A DNA stretch of 41,981 nt from contig SDNP01000027.1 in assembly GCA_004524445.1 (NCBI GenBank), forward strand, positions 1 through 41,981. Direction: 5' to 3'. This document shows, one piece after another, positions 29,394 through 38,410 of the stretch. Under the pieces are notes generated by a model. The model saw nothing but the letters and a program-made list of their open reading frames with translations, was not told the DNA's origin and did no database searches. Each line of letters opens with the position of its first letter. Position 1 is the stretch's first letter. The translations under genes and the position numbers were made by a program. The DNA comes from Candidatus Thorarchaeota archaeon (GTDB taxonomy: Archaea > Asgardarchaeota > Thorarchaeia > Thorarchaeales > Thorarchaeaceae).

Positions 29394-30077
29394 TTGAATG
29401 CTACGGATCTCAATTTGAGAATAAAACACAAAGATGAGATTCAACGTTTTCTTCATATTGCTCAACGACTCGGTTTTGACCATCTTGTTATTCCCTCTGC
29501 CCTGTTGAATTCCTATGAAGAGCAGCGAGAAGGTATTACACTGCTTTCCAGAACCGATATCCCAGATGTGAAATTAGGGAAACTGAAGGGAACACTTGAC
29601 CGTTATAGAAAGAAACATGTAATCGTAGCGGTTCAGTTATCGAATCCATCTGTGTCAAACTGGGCTGCAAAGGATGAGCGCATTGATTTGCTCACAATGA
29701 TTCCCGCCTTAGATTCTGTGCATTTGAGGAGGAGTACAGCCAAACTGGCATCAGAATCCGGGACTGCTCTTGAAGTCACCCTGGCGCCCCTCTTAGAAAC
29801 ACAAGGATTTGACCGGTCTAGAACCCTCAAAATCATGAGAGAAAACATATCCACCGCACTAGATGCAGGTATGAAGGTGGTAGTCTGTAGTGGGGCAAAT
29901 GAACCAATGATGATGCGTTCTCCTAGAGCATTGTGCTATTTTGGAAAACTCTTGGGGCTTGATAGGACTTTGGCCAAATCTGCTGTTTATAATTACCCTA
30001 CTGAAATAGTGCAGTCAAATCTTAGGAAGCTTACAGGCCAATTCGTTCGACCGGGAGTAGAAATCCTAGAGAGGTAA
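29394..30077 (+). CDS. rnp3: RNase P protein Rpp30
   Basis: DLNL, RIDLL, CSGA...MRSPR; synteny after rpl15e. Confidence 0.88.
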   Translation: MNATDLNLRIKHKDEIQRFLHIAQRLGFDHLVIPSALLNSYEEQREGITLLSRTDIPDVKLGKLKGTLDRYRKKHVIVAVQLSNPSVSNWAAKDERIDLLTMIPALDSVHLRRSTAKLASESGTALEVTLAPLLETQGFDRSRTLKIMRENISTALDAGMKVVVCSGANEPMMMRSPRALCYFGKLLGLDRTLAKSAVYNYPTEIVQSNLRKLTGQFVRPGVEILER

Positions 30078-30081
30078 TGGC

Positions 30082-30393
30082 ATGAAACCGAATAGGAAAA
30101 GGTACGTGCGATTCAGGCTGCATCAGTCTGATGCAAAAATCGGCAAACATCAACTCAATGATGCACTCTGGCAAGAACTTCTATCTCTTTTTGGCGAGTC
30201 CGGCATCGCTGATACACGATTATACCTCAACGAATTCGACGATGAAACAGGAGTAGGCATCCTTCAATGCAATGCTGTTCACCTTGAACGGGTTATCCAA
30301 GCTGCAATCCTTATTCGTGCAATAGATGGAACCCTAGTTTCTTTTGAACCCTTGAAGACATCAGGGACGTTGAAATCCTTGAAACCACCCTAA
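30082..30393 (+). CDS. rnp2: RNase P protein Pop5
   Basis: RKRYVRF, LFGE.G, GILQC, TSGTLKSL. Confidence 0.9.
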   Translation: MKPNRKRYVRFRLHQSDAKIGKHQLNDALWQELLSLFGESGIADTRLYLNEFDDETGVGILQCNAVHLERVIQAAILIRAIDGTLVSFEPLKTSGTLKSLKPP

Positions 30394-30803
30394 ACCCGTT
30401 TTACTTCTACTTGTTTGATGTGCCCGCCCTCCAGAAGGAATGCATGGCTTTCCCATGTTTCGTTTTTCTTGGAAGCAATCAGCCAAATCACGGGATTCAG
30501 ATTCATGTTCTCCCTATCTCTACCTGATGGTCTTGGTTTACCCGGATGCGAATGGAAAATACACACCAACTCTTGTCCTCTCTTGTCTGCATCCATGAGA
30601 AGTCGATACTGAGTCATCGGTTCAACTGCAAAGGATGTACTAGAATCAAGGATGTTCTCAACAAATTCTATCCTATCGATGGTGACGATTCTCTCATGCA
30701 CGCTGCCAAATAGAAGTGCAACCGCTTCTTTGGGAAGAAACTTTTCTGCATGTTGATGAAGTCTATCAAGGTCCTGTTTTTTGACCTTAAGCACATCCAC
30801 CAA
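30390..30803 (-). CDS. JAMM/MPN+ (M67) metalloprotease
   Basis: PKEAVALL, FHSHP...PSGRD. Confidence 0.9.
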   Translation of the reverse strand: MVDVLKVKKQDLDRLHQHAEKFLPKEAVALLFGSVHERIVTIDRIEFVENILDSSTSFAVEPMTQYRLLMDADKRGQELVCIFHSHPGKPRPSGRDRENMNLNPVIWLIASKKNETWESHAFLLEGGHIKQVEVKRV

Positions 30804-30812
30804 CCTAAAGCC

Positions 30813-31256
30813 TCATGCATCAAAGGGAGATTTTACCGTTTCAAGTACGATGCATGTTTCAACCTCGCCCACTCCCGGAACTTTTCCAAGGCGTTTCTCT
30901 AAAAACTGCCTCAGCTGGGATAAATCATCCACTGTTACTTTGAGCATCACTCCGCAGGCGCCATCAAGGAAATATGCTTCGTCTACCTCTTCGTATGCCT
31001 TGACCTTCTCGGCAATGGCAGATGCCTGTTTCATCTGCGCTTTGACTCGAACAATCGCACTTATTTTCGGACCTATCTTGAGTGGATCTAATACAATGGT
31101 AAATCGCTTGATGATGCCTTCCTTCAGCAGACTGCGTACTCTCCGCCGAATTGTGACCTCGGTACGATCTACTTCCTCTGCAATCTCGCTATAGGAACGT
31201 CTACCGTCTTCCTGAAGCATGGAAATTATCTGTCTGTCAATGTCATCAAGTGTCAC
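30813..31256 (-). CDS. Lrp/AsnC transcriptional regulator
   Basis: LDDIDRQII..LQEDGR.SYSEIA HTH plus RAM domain. Confidence 0.93.
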   Translation of the reverse strand: MTLDDIDRQIISMLQEDGRRSYSEIAEEVDRTEVTIRRRVRSLLKEGIIKRFTIVLDPLKIGPKISAIVRVKAQMKQASAIAEKVKAYEEVDEAYFLDGACGVMLKVTVDDLSQLRQFLEKRLGKVPGVGEVETCIVLETVKSPFDA

Positions 31257-31397
31257 GTTAGTATCCTCGGTTATGTTTAAGGTCCTCGAAAAGACTCTCA
31301 GGATTCGTTCATCTAGCCGTACATATATCTTACTAAATGCTACATATTTGAGCTGATAAATGTACGAAGTCGAAAATCAATTCATATCCACATGATA

Positions 31398-32216
31398 TCA
31401 TAGAATCTGTAGCTGTTCCCCAATGATGGTTTCCTCTTTCTCAGCAAGTGTTGCTACCAGCTCAATGTAGGGCAGAAGCTTCTCCGCGCTACGAATCTTC
31501 ATTTCCAATAGCTCTTGTATTTGGAAGATGCCAGATGCATTATTCATTACGACTTCAATTCGAACGGCTTTATTTTTGCCCGATGTAATCTTTACTCTCT
31601 CAATCGACATTGCTGATGCAGAGTGGATGTTGACACTTCCAGCCTCAAATGGAATTCTTGCTCGCCCTTTTGTCATATCTAACGCATCTGCAATTCCAAC
31701 TATTCCTGCCTCAATGGTGGTAGGATCAATGAATTTCTCATGAGAGTACATTGCATGCAGGATATGTCCGCGAAGGTGTGCCTGCTTTCTCGTTTCGTTA
31801 GGATATGCCTTCTTTAATACTCGTGTGATTATTGGGGTTGCTAATGCCACAGAGAACACGTGATGTTCGTCCCGATGCACTGACATCCCAATATCATGCA
31901 GATATGATGCCATCATTACGATTAATTGGGCATCATCATTATTTCCTGTTTCCTCCTGAACGATAGTTGGTTTCAGGTGTTTGCTCAGAGCTTTTAGTAA
32001 TTGCATGCCATTTTTTACTACTATTAGAGAATGGATATGTCCATGGTCTGAATACCCCATCCTATCTATAGCCATTCGATTTGCGTCTTCAAGAATCATT
32101 TGTAATTCGTCATCATTTTCCATCGCATCGAATGCTACTCTGCATACTCTGTTTCCTTTGAAAAGTTGCCTTACTCTATCTACTAGTGTTTGTCTTTGTT
32201 TATGGCCCTTCTTCAT
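31398..32216 (-). CDS. HD-superfamily phosphohydrolase (COG3294-like)
   Basis: DHGHIH, LHDIG, IADALDM, NIHSAS. Confidence 0.88.
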   Translation of the reverse strand: MKKGHKQRQTLVDRVRQLFKGNRVCRVAFDAMENDDELQMILEDANRMAIDRMGYSDHGHIHSLIVVKNGMQLLKALSKHLKPTIVQEETGNNDDAQLIVMMASYLHDIGMSVHRDEHHVFSVALATPIITRVLKKAYPNETRKQAHLRGHILHAMYSHEKFIDPTTIEAGIVGIADALDMTKGRARIPFEAGSVNIHSASAMSIERVKITSGKNKAVRIEVVMNNASGIFQIQELLEMKIRSAEKLLPYIELVATLAEKEETIIGEQLQIL

Positions 32217-32333
32217 TCTTTGCTGGCCCCCTAATTCTATCTCTTTCTAAACTATACTCTGGTTAAATTATGTTAATTCCTCTAAAGCCGTTTCCATATG
32301 GTAGTTTGTCTTGTGTTTCTATGAAGAAGTTGG

Positions 32334-33209
32334 TTATTTCTTTGGCCGATGCGGAGTTTCTTTTGGTTCATTGACCGTTCTTCGTCGAGAGATAAAATAC
32401 ACTCCTATCATGAGAACATAAGTAGCATATGCAACTACCTCAAGTGCAGAAGGATTCCCATTGTATCCAAAGAGTGATTTCAAGAGGGCACCAATGGCAC
32501 CATTCTCATGGAATAATGGATAACTGCCATCAGGCAGTTGAGCAGGGTTGATATTCCATACCTCAAGCGGTCCAATAAGGAGGAGTCCTGCCTCTTGCAG
32601 TTCATGTATTCCATATGCAATCATTCCTGCGGCAAAGAGAACCAAGAAAACAGAGGTCCACTTGAAAAATGTACCAAAACTGATTCTCAATGATCCCCTG
32701 TATATTCCATAGCCCAAGATCACGGCTGCAATCAATCCAATAAAAACACCGATATAGGCTCCTCCTCCTTCTTGAACCACAAGTGCTATCGTAAACAGTG
32801 AAAGCTCTATTCCCTCTCTTAGTATCAGTGCAAAAGCAAGAGCCCCCAGTCCGAATCCTCCTTTCGCCACCATGGAGTTTCTTGCTGCCGATTCTATCTC
32901 CGATGATATACTAGAACCAACTCGATTCATCCAGATTATCATGGTTGTTAGAAGAATCGACGCTACGATGACTACAACCCCTTCAAAGATTTGTAGCGCT
33001 GCCCCCTCGAAGAATCCCCAAATGAGCGATAAAGCTGCAGAAACACCAACACTGGTTATAACCGCACCAATCGAACCCAAATACACAAACCTAGATAGGT
33101 CCATTCTTCCTGCTTTACGAAGAAACGAAAGCATAATTGCTATTATCAGAGCCGCCTCGACTCCTTCTCTCACGGAAACAATAAATGGCGCTATAATCAC
33201 CGAAAACAC
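32334..33209 (-). CDS. FTR1 family iron permease
   Basis: REGVE and REGIE motifs, seven TMs, HELQEAG. Confidence 0.92.
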   Translation of the reverse strand: MFSVIIAPFIVSVREGVEAALIIAIMLSFLRKAGRMDLSRFVYLGSIGAVITSVGVSAALSLIWGFFEGAALQIFEGVVVIVASILLTTMIIWMNRVGSSISSEIESAARNSMVAKGGFGLGALAFALILREGIELSLFTIALVVQEGGGAYIGVFIGLIAAVILGYGIYRGSLRISFGTFFKWTSVFLVLFAAGMIAYGIHELQEAGLLLIGPLEVWNINPAQLPDGSYPLFHENGAIGALLKSLFGYNGNPSALEVVAYATYVLMIGVYFISRRRTVNEPKETPHRPKK

Positions 33210-33212
33210 ATC

Positions 33213-33228
33213 ATTAACAATTGTTAAT
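33213..33228. promoter_or_regulatory. Perfect 16-bp palindrome at the FTR1 start (candidate metal-regulator operator)
   Basis: ATTAACAATTGTTAAT. Confidence 0.55.
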
Positions 33229-33343
33229 ACTTTAAATGAATCGTGTTATAAATAATGAGATGTGCATACCTGAGGTTGTATGCCTTGTTTCCACCGGCAG
33301 GTGACACATCACGGTTATCTGCAAAAAGGCTAGGTGATTCAGT

Positions 33344-34060
33344 ATGAGCAAAAATGAAGAAACCGACATTATTGACCTGGTCAATGGTGAAATCGTCCAG
33401 GCAGCGGAGTTAAACATAGATCCTACAGAAAATATCAACTGGAATGATTGGGATGTCAACACTCCAGCTGTAAGAACTGCTGCCTCTAAGGCCTTGCGAT
33501 TGCTCAAGGAGAGGGGCATCATGACTATGGATTCTTTGCTTCCTCTTTGCGAATCTCTCCTCGATACAGGTCAATGGCCGCATAGAACCATCGCTTTCCA
33601 ATGGAGTTTTAGTCTAAAGAAGCAATTTCAACCAAGACATTTTGCATTTCTAGATGGATGGGTTAACACTTATCTCCACAGCTGGGGGAGCTGTGACGAT
33701 TTGTGTACTCATTCGATGGGCTACTTTTTGATGAAACATCCTCAATTTGTAGAGTCTGTGAAGAAGTGGGTGCAACCAGATAATCCGTATGTCCGACGAG
33801 CAGCTGCTGTTTCATTCATTTATGCGCTAAGGAAGGGCAAGCTCTTCGAACACATTTTCGATATCTCCGATAACCTGATGCATGATACGCACCATCACGT
33901 TCTCAAGGGATACGGTTGGATGCTCAAAGAGGCGACTCTCTATTTCATGAATGATGTCTTTGAGTATGTTATGGAGAACAAGGAGCATATGCCTCGGTTA
34001 TCTCTAAGGTACGCAATCGAGAAAATGCCGAAGGATATGCGCAAGAAAGCCATGGCGTAG
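33344..34060 (+). CDS. AlkD-like DNA alkylation repair protein
   Basis: WGSCDDL, NPYVRRAA, KGYGWMLKE, LRYAIEK. Confidence 0.88.
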   Translation: MSKNEETDIIDLVNGEIVQAAELNIDPTENINWNDWDVNTPAVRTAASKALRLLKERGIMTMDSLLPLCESLLDTGQWPHRTIAFQWSFSLKKQFQPRHFAFLDGWVNTYLHSWGSCDDLCTHSMGYFLMKHPQFVESVKKWVQPDNPYVRRAAAVSFIYALRKGKLFEHIFDISDNLMHDTHHHVLKGYGWMLKEATLYFMNDVFEYVMENKEHMPRLSLRYAIEKMPKDMRKKAMA

Positions 34061-34195
34061 CAGCCCGCTGTGGTACCTTCACTTGAAAACACACTCGAAT
34101 CATGACGCTGTCTTGATGCTTACTGAAATGGTTGTAGTCCATACAGACAAGCCTCATTGACTTGAGACATAGGCCTTCAGATCCATAGAAATCCT

Positions 34196-34489
34196 CTAGA
34201 CCATTTCGCTCTCTTCTTCTGAATTCATGCTCTCAAGGAACGGCCACTTGCCTAGTCTGGAAACCCACCAGAAGAGCACTACACTGATGTTAATGGTGAT
34301 AATCCAAAGGGCGGCAACTAGGAAGAACTGTGAGATGGCCTCGTAATCCCATGCGGGGGGACGACCATACCATATGAACGCAAAGAACATGATTACCTGA
34401 ATCAGGAGTCCAAGCAGAATCATAATCTGAAAGAACAAGAGAGTCTTTTGCTCTGTTACAAATGTTTTGAACCGACGCTGGACACTCAA
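34196..34489 (-). CDS. Hypothetical membrane protein
   Basis: Two TM helices. Confidence 0.6.
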   Translation of the reverse strand: MSVQRRFKTFVTEQKTLLFFQIMILLGLLIQVIMFFAFIWYGRPPAWDYEAISQFFLVAALWIITINISVVLFWWVSRLGKWPFLESMNSEEESEMV

Positions 34490-34690
34490 ATCTTCACACC
34501 GCTGAATACTAGTGCAAACTATGATTTAGACTTTTCCAGAGAACCCTTGGGACTGGGAGATGTTATTTACCCTCCATGGCACGAAGAAACTGCTCTGCAC
34601 ACTGCAAAAACTGATAAATTCGATTACGCAATGATAAGATGATTGGCTCATCATGCTGAGACGGGGGCGATTCTAATAGAGCAGAAGGCT

Positions 34691-35173
34691 ATGACCGATA
34701 AACATCCGATACCGGTTTCCCTTGTCCTGATACTATTTTTGCTGATTCTAATCTTCATCCTTCCAATTGCGATGCAAATCCATTATCCAAATGTAAACAT
34801 CATGGCTGTGACTTGGATATGGTTCTATGACCTGGAATCGTTTGCTTGGTCAATCGTGATATGGCAATTTTCCACATGGGGCGTAGGACTTGTCTGGAGT
34901 TTCTCTAGGTTTGTCTTCATTTTCCAAATTGGTCGTTATTTTGCAGGAAAGACAACAAAGACACGTACCCTAGCGCTCGGTTTTCTTGCTGAACTACAAA
35001 TGGCTATCCCCTATTATGGTATTATGATTCATTCCGTTGTCCTGCATGGCTTTGTTCCCTATTCCTTTCTCCTCCCAACTCCGATTTTTCTGGTCATTGG
35101 CTGGCTGTTCATGCGAATTCACCCTCCGGAAAAGTATGAACAAACATTAGATTGGCTCGATCAACCGAGATAG
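34691..35173 (+). CDS. Hypothetical multi-pass membrane protein
   Basis: Several hydrophobic helices; start moved to MTDKH (track ORF starts at 34643). Confidence 0.65.
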   Translation: MTDKHPIPVSLVLILFLLILIFILPIAMQIHYPNVNIMAVTWIWFYDLESFAWSIVIWQFSTWGVGLVWSFSRFVFIFQIGRYFAGKTTKTRTLALGFLAELQMAIPYYGIMIHSVVLHGFVPYSFLLPTPIFLVIGWLFMRIHPPEKYEQTLDWLDQPR

Positions 35174-35202
35174 ATTCTGAGTATTCAAGCAACGAAAAAG
35201 GA

Positions 35203-35575
35203 CTAGAGTCGAATCGGGTTCGGTCCAATCTCTCGGATCTTCGCAGCAAAGTCGTTGATGTGTTTGGCGAACAAATCTCCCTCAGCCGCGCTGACGAACA
35301 CCATCTTCACTCGCTCCTTATTCATGCCCAGCTTATCGACCAACTCCCTGGCGAACCGCACTCGTCGTTCGGCCCCGAGGTTACCGGTCTTGTACGCACA
35401 ATCACCCGGGTGACAACCCACCACTAGCACACCGTCAGCACCTTCCTGCAGCGCTTTCATGATGAAGTTGATATCCATTCTCGCCGTGCACGGCATCCGG
35501 ATGATCCGCGCGCTCACGTCGTACTGCAACTTCATAGTTCCCGCTAGGTCCGATGCGGCGTACATGCACTGCATG
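35203..35575 (-). pseudogene. mvhD: 5'-truncated copy of hydrogenase iron-sulfur subunit MvhD
   Basis: Two aa differences from 37006..37422; lacks the first 15 aa including the first Cys of GCMQC; homology stops at 35575. Confidence 0.85.
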
Positions 35576-35583
35576 GTGGATTG

Positions 35584-36099
35584 CTAGTCACTCAGGTTCT
35601 TTGCAATAGATATTGCGCGCCTATAGACCTTTGAATCCAACCTGAATCCCAAATCAAGCATCCTATCGAGAATAGTTATGAACTCGTCATGTTGCAGTAT
35701 AGATTTGGATACGGCCTGGAGAAGGACACCAACAGTTCCCAGACATGTCACCCTCAGAATTTTTGCAGCACTTCTTCCCAACTTGTCGTCTATCAGGAGT
35801 AGACCATCCTCCTCCCTAGCCAGTAAGATAGCTGCAGCCTCCCCACTCTCAATCCCTGCGCTCTCGGCTAACTGATTCACTTCTTTATGAGCTGAATCTT
35901 CAACACCTAGCCATCCATCGTCCACTGCAGAAGCTATCAATAGTGCATCTGGCGACTCCTTAGACCCAGAAGTCTCTTGGAAGACTTTTCTCGGAATCAG
36001 AAGCTCGGTGTAGAGCTCCCTGAGCAGATGAAGTCGCCCAGCTTTAGCCAAGTAGATCAGCGGGCTTGCGTTACTGACCACTCTGATTTTCTTTGACAA
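35584..36099 (-). CDS. PIN domain toxin, DUF3368 family (start uncertain, 36099 or 36081)
   Basis: VSNASPLIYL, GEAAAI, LIDDKLGR, GTVGVL; overlaps the upstream antitoxin. Confidence 0.85.
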   Translation of the reverse strand: MSKKIRVVSNASPLIYLAKAGRLHLLRELYTELLIPRKVFQETSGSKESPDALLIASAVDDGWLGVEDSAHKEVNQLAESAGIESGEAAAILLAREEDGLLLIDDKLGRSAAKILRVTCLGTVGVLLQAVSKSILQHDEFITILDRMLDLGFRLDSKVYRRAISIAKNLSD

Positions 36100-36388
36100 G
36101 AGCAAGATCACGCTCCAAGTCCTCTTCATCATACGAGATGGGTATTGCGGCCTTATCCGCCTCCTCCATCATTTTTCTCAAGGGCATCCCCGCCATGGAT
36201 GCCGCTCTCCAGAGAGAGACCCTTCTCTCCCTGTATGCCTTGAGTGCTCTCTCCAAGAGAAACTGCTGAATGCCAATATCCAGTGCCCGTCGAATCATCT
36301 CCGATCTGTCAATGTGCTCCTCCTTGGCGATGAACTCCAGTTTCTTGATCATCTCATCGGGCAGTCGTGCTGTGACTGTCTCCATCAT
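36071..36388 (-). CDS. Antitoxin, RHH plus UPF0175 family
   Basis: TVTARLP...RSEMIRRAL RHH; VSLWRAASMAG; DLERDL. Confidence 0.85.
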   Translation of the reverse strand: MMETVTARLPDEMIKKLEFIAKEEHIDRSEMIRRALDIGIQQFLLERALKAYRERRVSLWRAASMAGMPLRKMMEEADKAAIPISYDEEDLERDLALVKENQSGQ

Positions 36389-36558
36389 CTATCGTATACA
36401 ATATATTATATTGTACACATAAGGATTTCTCTCCCTTTACTCAATCACATCCGTCAGTCAAAGAAGCCAATAGCCTCAATGCGTTGCCTCCCTTTCATTT
36501 CTATCGTAGGACTAGAAGGTGAAAACCACAAATAGCATTCAGTATCATCTTAGAAGAG

Positions 36559-37002
36559 GTGGATATAGTGAATATTCGTCCCTTCACTCCGGAGGATATC
36601 ACCCAGATTATTTCACTCACAAATGAGTATGCATCATTTGATTCCGATGTGACTGCAGCTGATTTTTCCTCTGCCCACGCCTTTCCTCAAGGCCTACTTG
36701 TGGCCGAAGCAGCCGGTCGTATTGTGGCATTCATATTTGGCTATATCAAAGAAGTACCAGGTACCATTCTCAATCGCTGGAATGCACAAAAAGCAGCTCA
36801 GATTAACCTCTTGGTAGTTGAACCGCCCTATCGGCGACAAGGTACCGGAGAGACATTGATGCGCAAGTTAGAAGATGCCTTCCGAGAAGAAGATGTGGAC
36901 CTAATTTTGCTTCACTGTCCCGCAGAAGCCACCGAGGCAAAACACCTCTATGACAAACTTGGTTTTGAGGTCCGTGCCTATGCCATGAAGAAACGCCTCT
37001 AA
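36559..37002 (+). CDS. GNAT family N-acetyltransferase
   Basis: VEPPYRRQGTGETLM, AKHLYDKLGF. Confidence 0.9.
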   Translation: MDIVNIRPFTPEDITQIISLTNEYASFDSDVTAADFSSAHAFPQGLLVAEAAGRIVAFIFGYIKEVPGTILNRWNAQKAAQINLLVVEPPYRRQGTGETLMRKLEDAFREEDVDLILLHCPAEATEAKHLYDKLGFEVRAYAMKKRL

Positions 37003-37005
37003 TCT

Positions 37006-37422
37006 CTAGAGCCGTATGGGGTTCGGCCCTATCTCCCGAATTTTCTCTGCAAAATCATTGATGTGCTTGGCAAACAAATCACCCTCAGCCGCGCTCACAA
37101 AGACCATCTTCACCCGCTCTTTATTCATGCCCAGCTTGTCAACCAATTCTCTCGCGAACCGTACTCGCCTCTCTGCTCCCAGATTCCCCGTCTTGTACGC
37201 ACAATCGCCAGGATGGCAACCAACAATCAAAACCCCGTCCGCCCCCTCTTGTAACGCCTTCATGATGAAGTTGATATCCATTCTCGCCGTGCACGGCATC
37301 CGGATGATCCGCGCGCTCACGTCGTACTGCAACTTCATGGTTCCTGCGAGATCGGATGCGGCGTACATGCACTGCATGCATCCCATGACGATGATGTTCA
37401 TATCTTTTGGAGGCATTGACAA
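37006..37422 (-). CDS. mvhD: Hydrogenase iron-sulfur subunit MvhD (full length)
   Basis: GCMQC, MPCTAR, GADGV...GCHPGDC, VSAAEG, GPNP. Confidence 0.93.
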   Translation of the reverse strand: MSMPPKDMNIIVMGCMQCMYAASDLAGTMKLQYDVSARIIRMPCTARMDINFIMKALQEGADGVLIVGCHPGDCAYKTGNLGAERRVRFARELVDKLGMNKERVKMVFVSAAEGDLFAKHINDFAEKIREIGPNPIRL

Positions 37423-37482
37423 TAACCATCCGTTGAGGGTAGAAATCAGCCTGCTGTTACTGACATATAATCTTTCAGATAG

Positions 37483-37911
37483 CTATTCTTCTGTCCGACC
37501 TTGTTCGTATAGCCATTCAGATAAGGATTCAACACCTTGTTCCGATAGCCTATAACCATCATCACACTCCTCAAAATATTGACTGTAATTGCCACGTGTT
37601 CCTGAAAACCACAAACTAACAGTTGATTGGTCTTTGCCAATTTCAGAAGCTATCGTGGTACCTGTTTTGCAGCTAGGATAGCAATCAAGGAGAGATAATA
37701 TCATTCCATTTCCTGTATTGACTTTGCTTGAAACTCTTCGCCCCTCTTCATCTTCTATCCAGTATGCTGAGGCTCGTTCCATCAGAGATTGGGCCAGTAG
37801 CCTGATTCTATTTCTAGTCTTGATTCTCTCTAGTTCAGATTTGGCATTTATCAGCTCAAGATATGCAGCCTCTAAGTCGGATATTTCCCGCGCTTGTACT
37901 TCAAGCTCCAA
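37483..37911 (-). CDS. Winged-HTH domain protein
   Basis: TIASEIGKDQSTVSLWF HTH, GYRLSEQG wing, N-terminal coiled coil. Confidence 0.65.
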   Translation of the reverse strand: MELEVQAREISDLEAAYLELINAKSELERIKTRNRIRLLAQSLMERASAYWIEDEEGRRVSSKVNTGNGMILSLLDCYPSCKTGTTIASEIGKDQSTVSLWFSGTRGNYSQYFEECDDGYRLSEQGVESLSEWLYEQGRTEE

Positions 37912-37982
37912 TTCCTCATCTCTAAACCTTAGAGTAATCTTGCGTTCATTCTCACCTATGAATACTCACCCAAAACAGAAAA

Positions 37983-38410
37983 ACCCTCTACATCTTATCT
38001 ATGCTTTGCAGCGCATAGTTTGACCTTCTGTAACCACTTGTGCTAATGTGATTGGCTGCATGCACCGACCCGAATCAGGTCTGTGTAGAGGGTGAGTGAA
38101 CCCCCTCAGTGACCGTCAACTCCCGTGTTCCACCCTGCTCGCGACTGCTGTCACCAGCGAGCGCGGGGACCTCTCCCCGAGCCTGTACACGAGCTTTATC
38201 CGAGCGGGCCTCGGATGGAGCTTCACTCCGCTGCACCCTATTGCCATGACTATCAGTAGCCTTGTGGGCGTCGATGGCGGCAGACGGCTGTTCCACGGTT
38301 CTTTCCACGGCAGGGTCGGTAGTGCTCACAAACTCTGCAAGCAGGGCCTGGTCATGGCACTCGGCCGCGGACCGTCCCCGTGAAGCTGATCTCTTCGAGG
38401 ACGGTTCGGA
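37983..38410 (-). ncRNA. Putative omegaRNA-like scaffold overlapping and following the TnpB 3' end
   Basis: Dense hairpins (CCGTCC/GGACGG, ATCCGAG/CTCGGAT, CGGGGA/TCCCCG, GCTCGC/GCGAGC, CTATGC/GCATAG), closing helix ACCCTCTACA/TGTAGAGGGT, then a U-run. Confidence 0.6.

Larger units (their letters stand above)
35456..37338. mobile_element. Islet (PIN toxin, antitoxin, GNAT, mvhD 3' part) bounded by 80-bp direct repeats
   Basis: 35456-35535 is identical to 37259-37338; 35552-35575 is identical to 37355-37378; period 1803 bp. Confidence 0.65.

Noticed and set aside
35203-37422. Selenocysteine-containing MvhD explaining the short copy
   Set aside because: There is no in-frame TGA. Homology simply ends at 35575 and the PIN gene stop lies just upstream.
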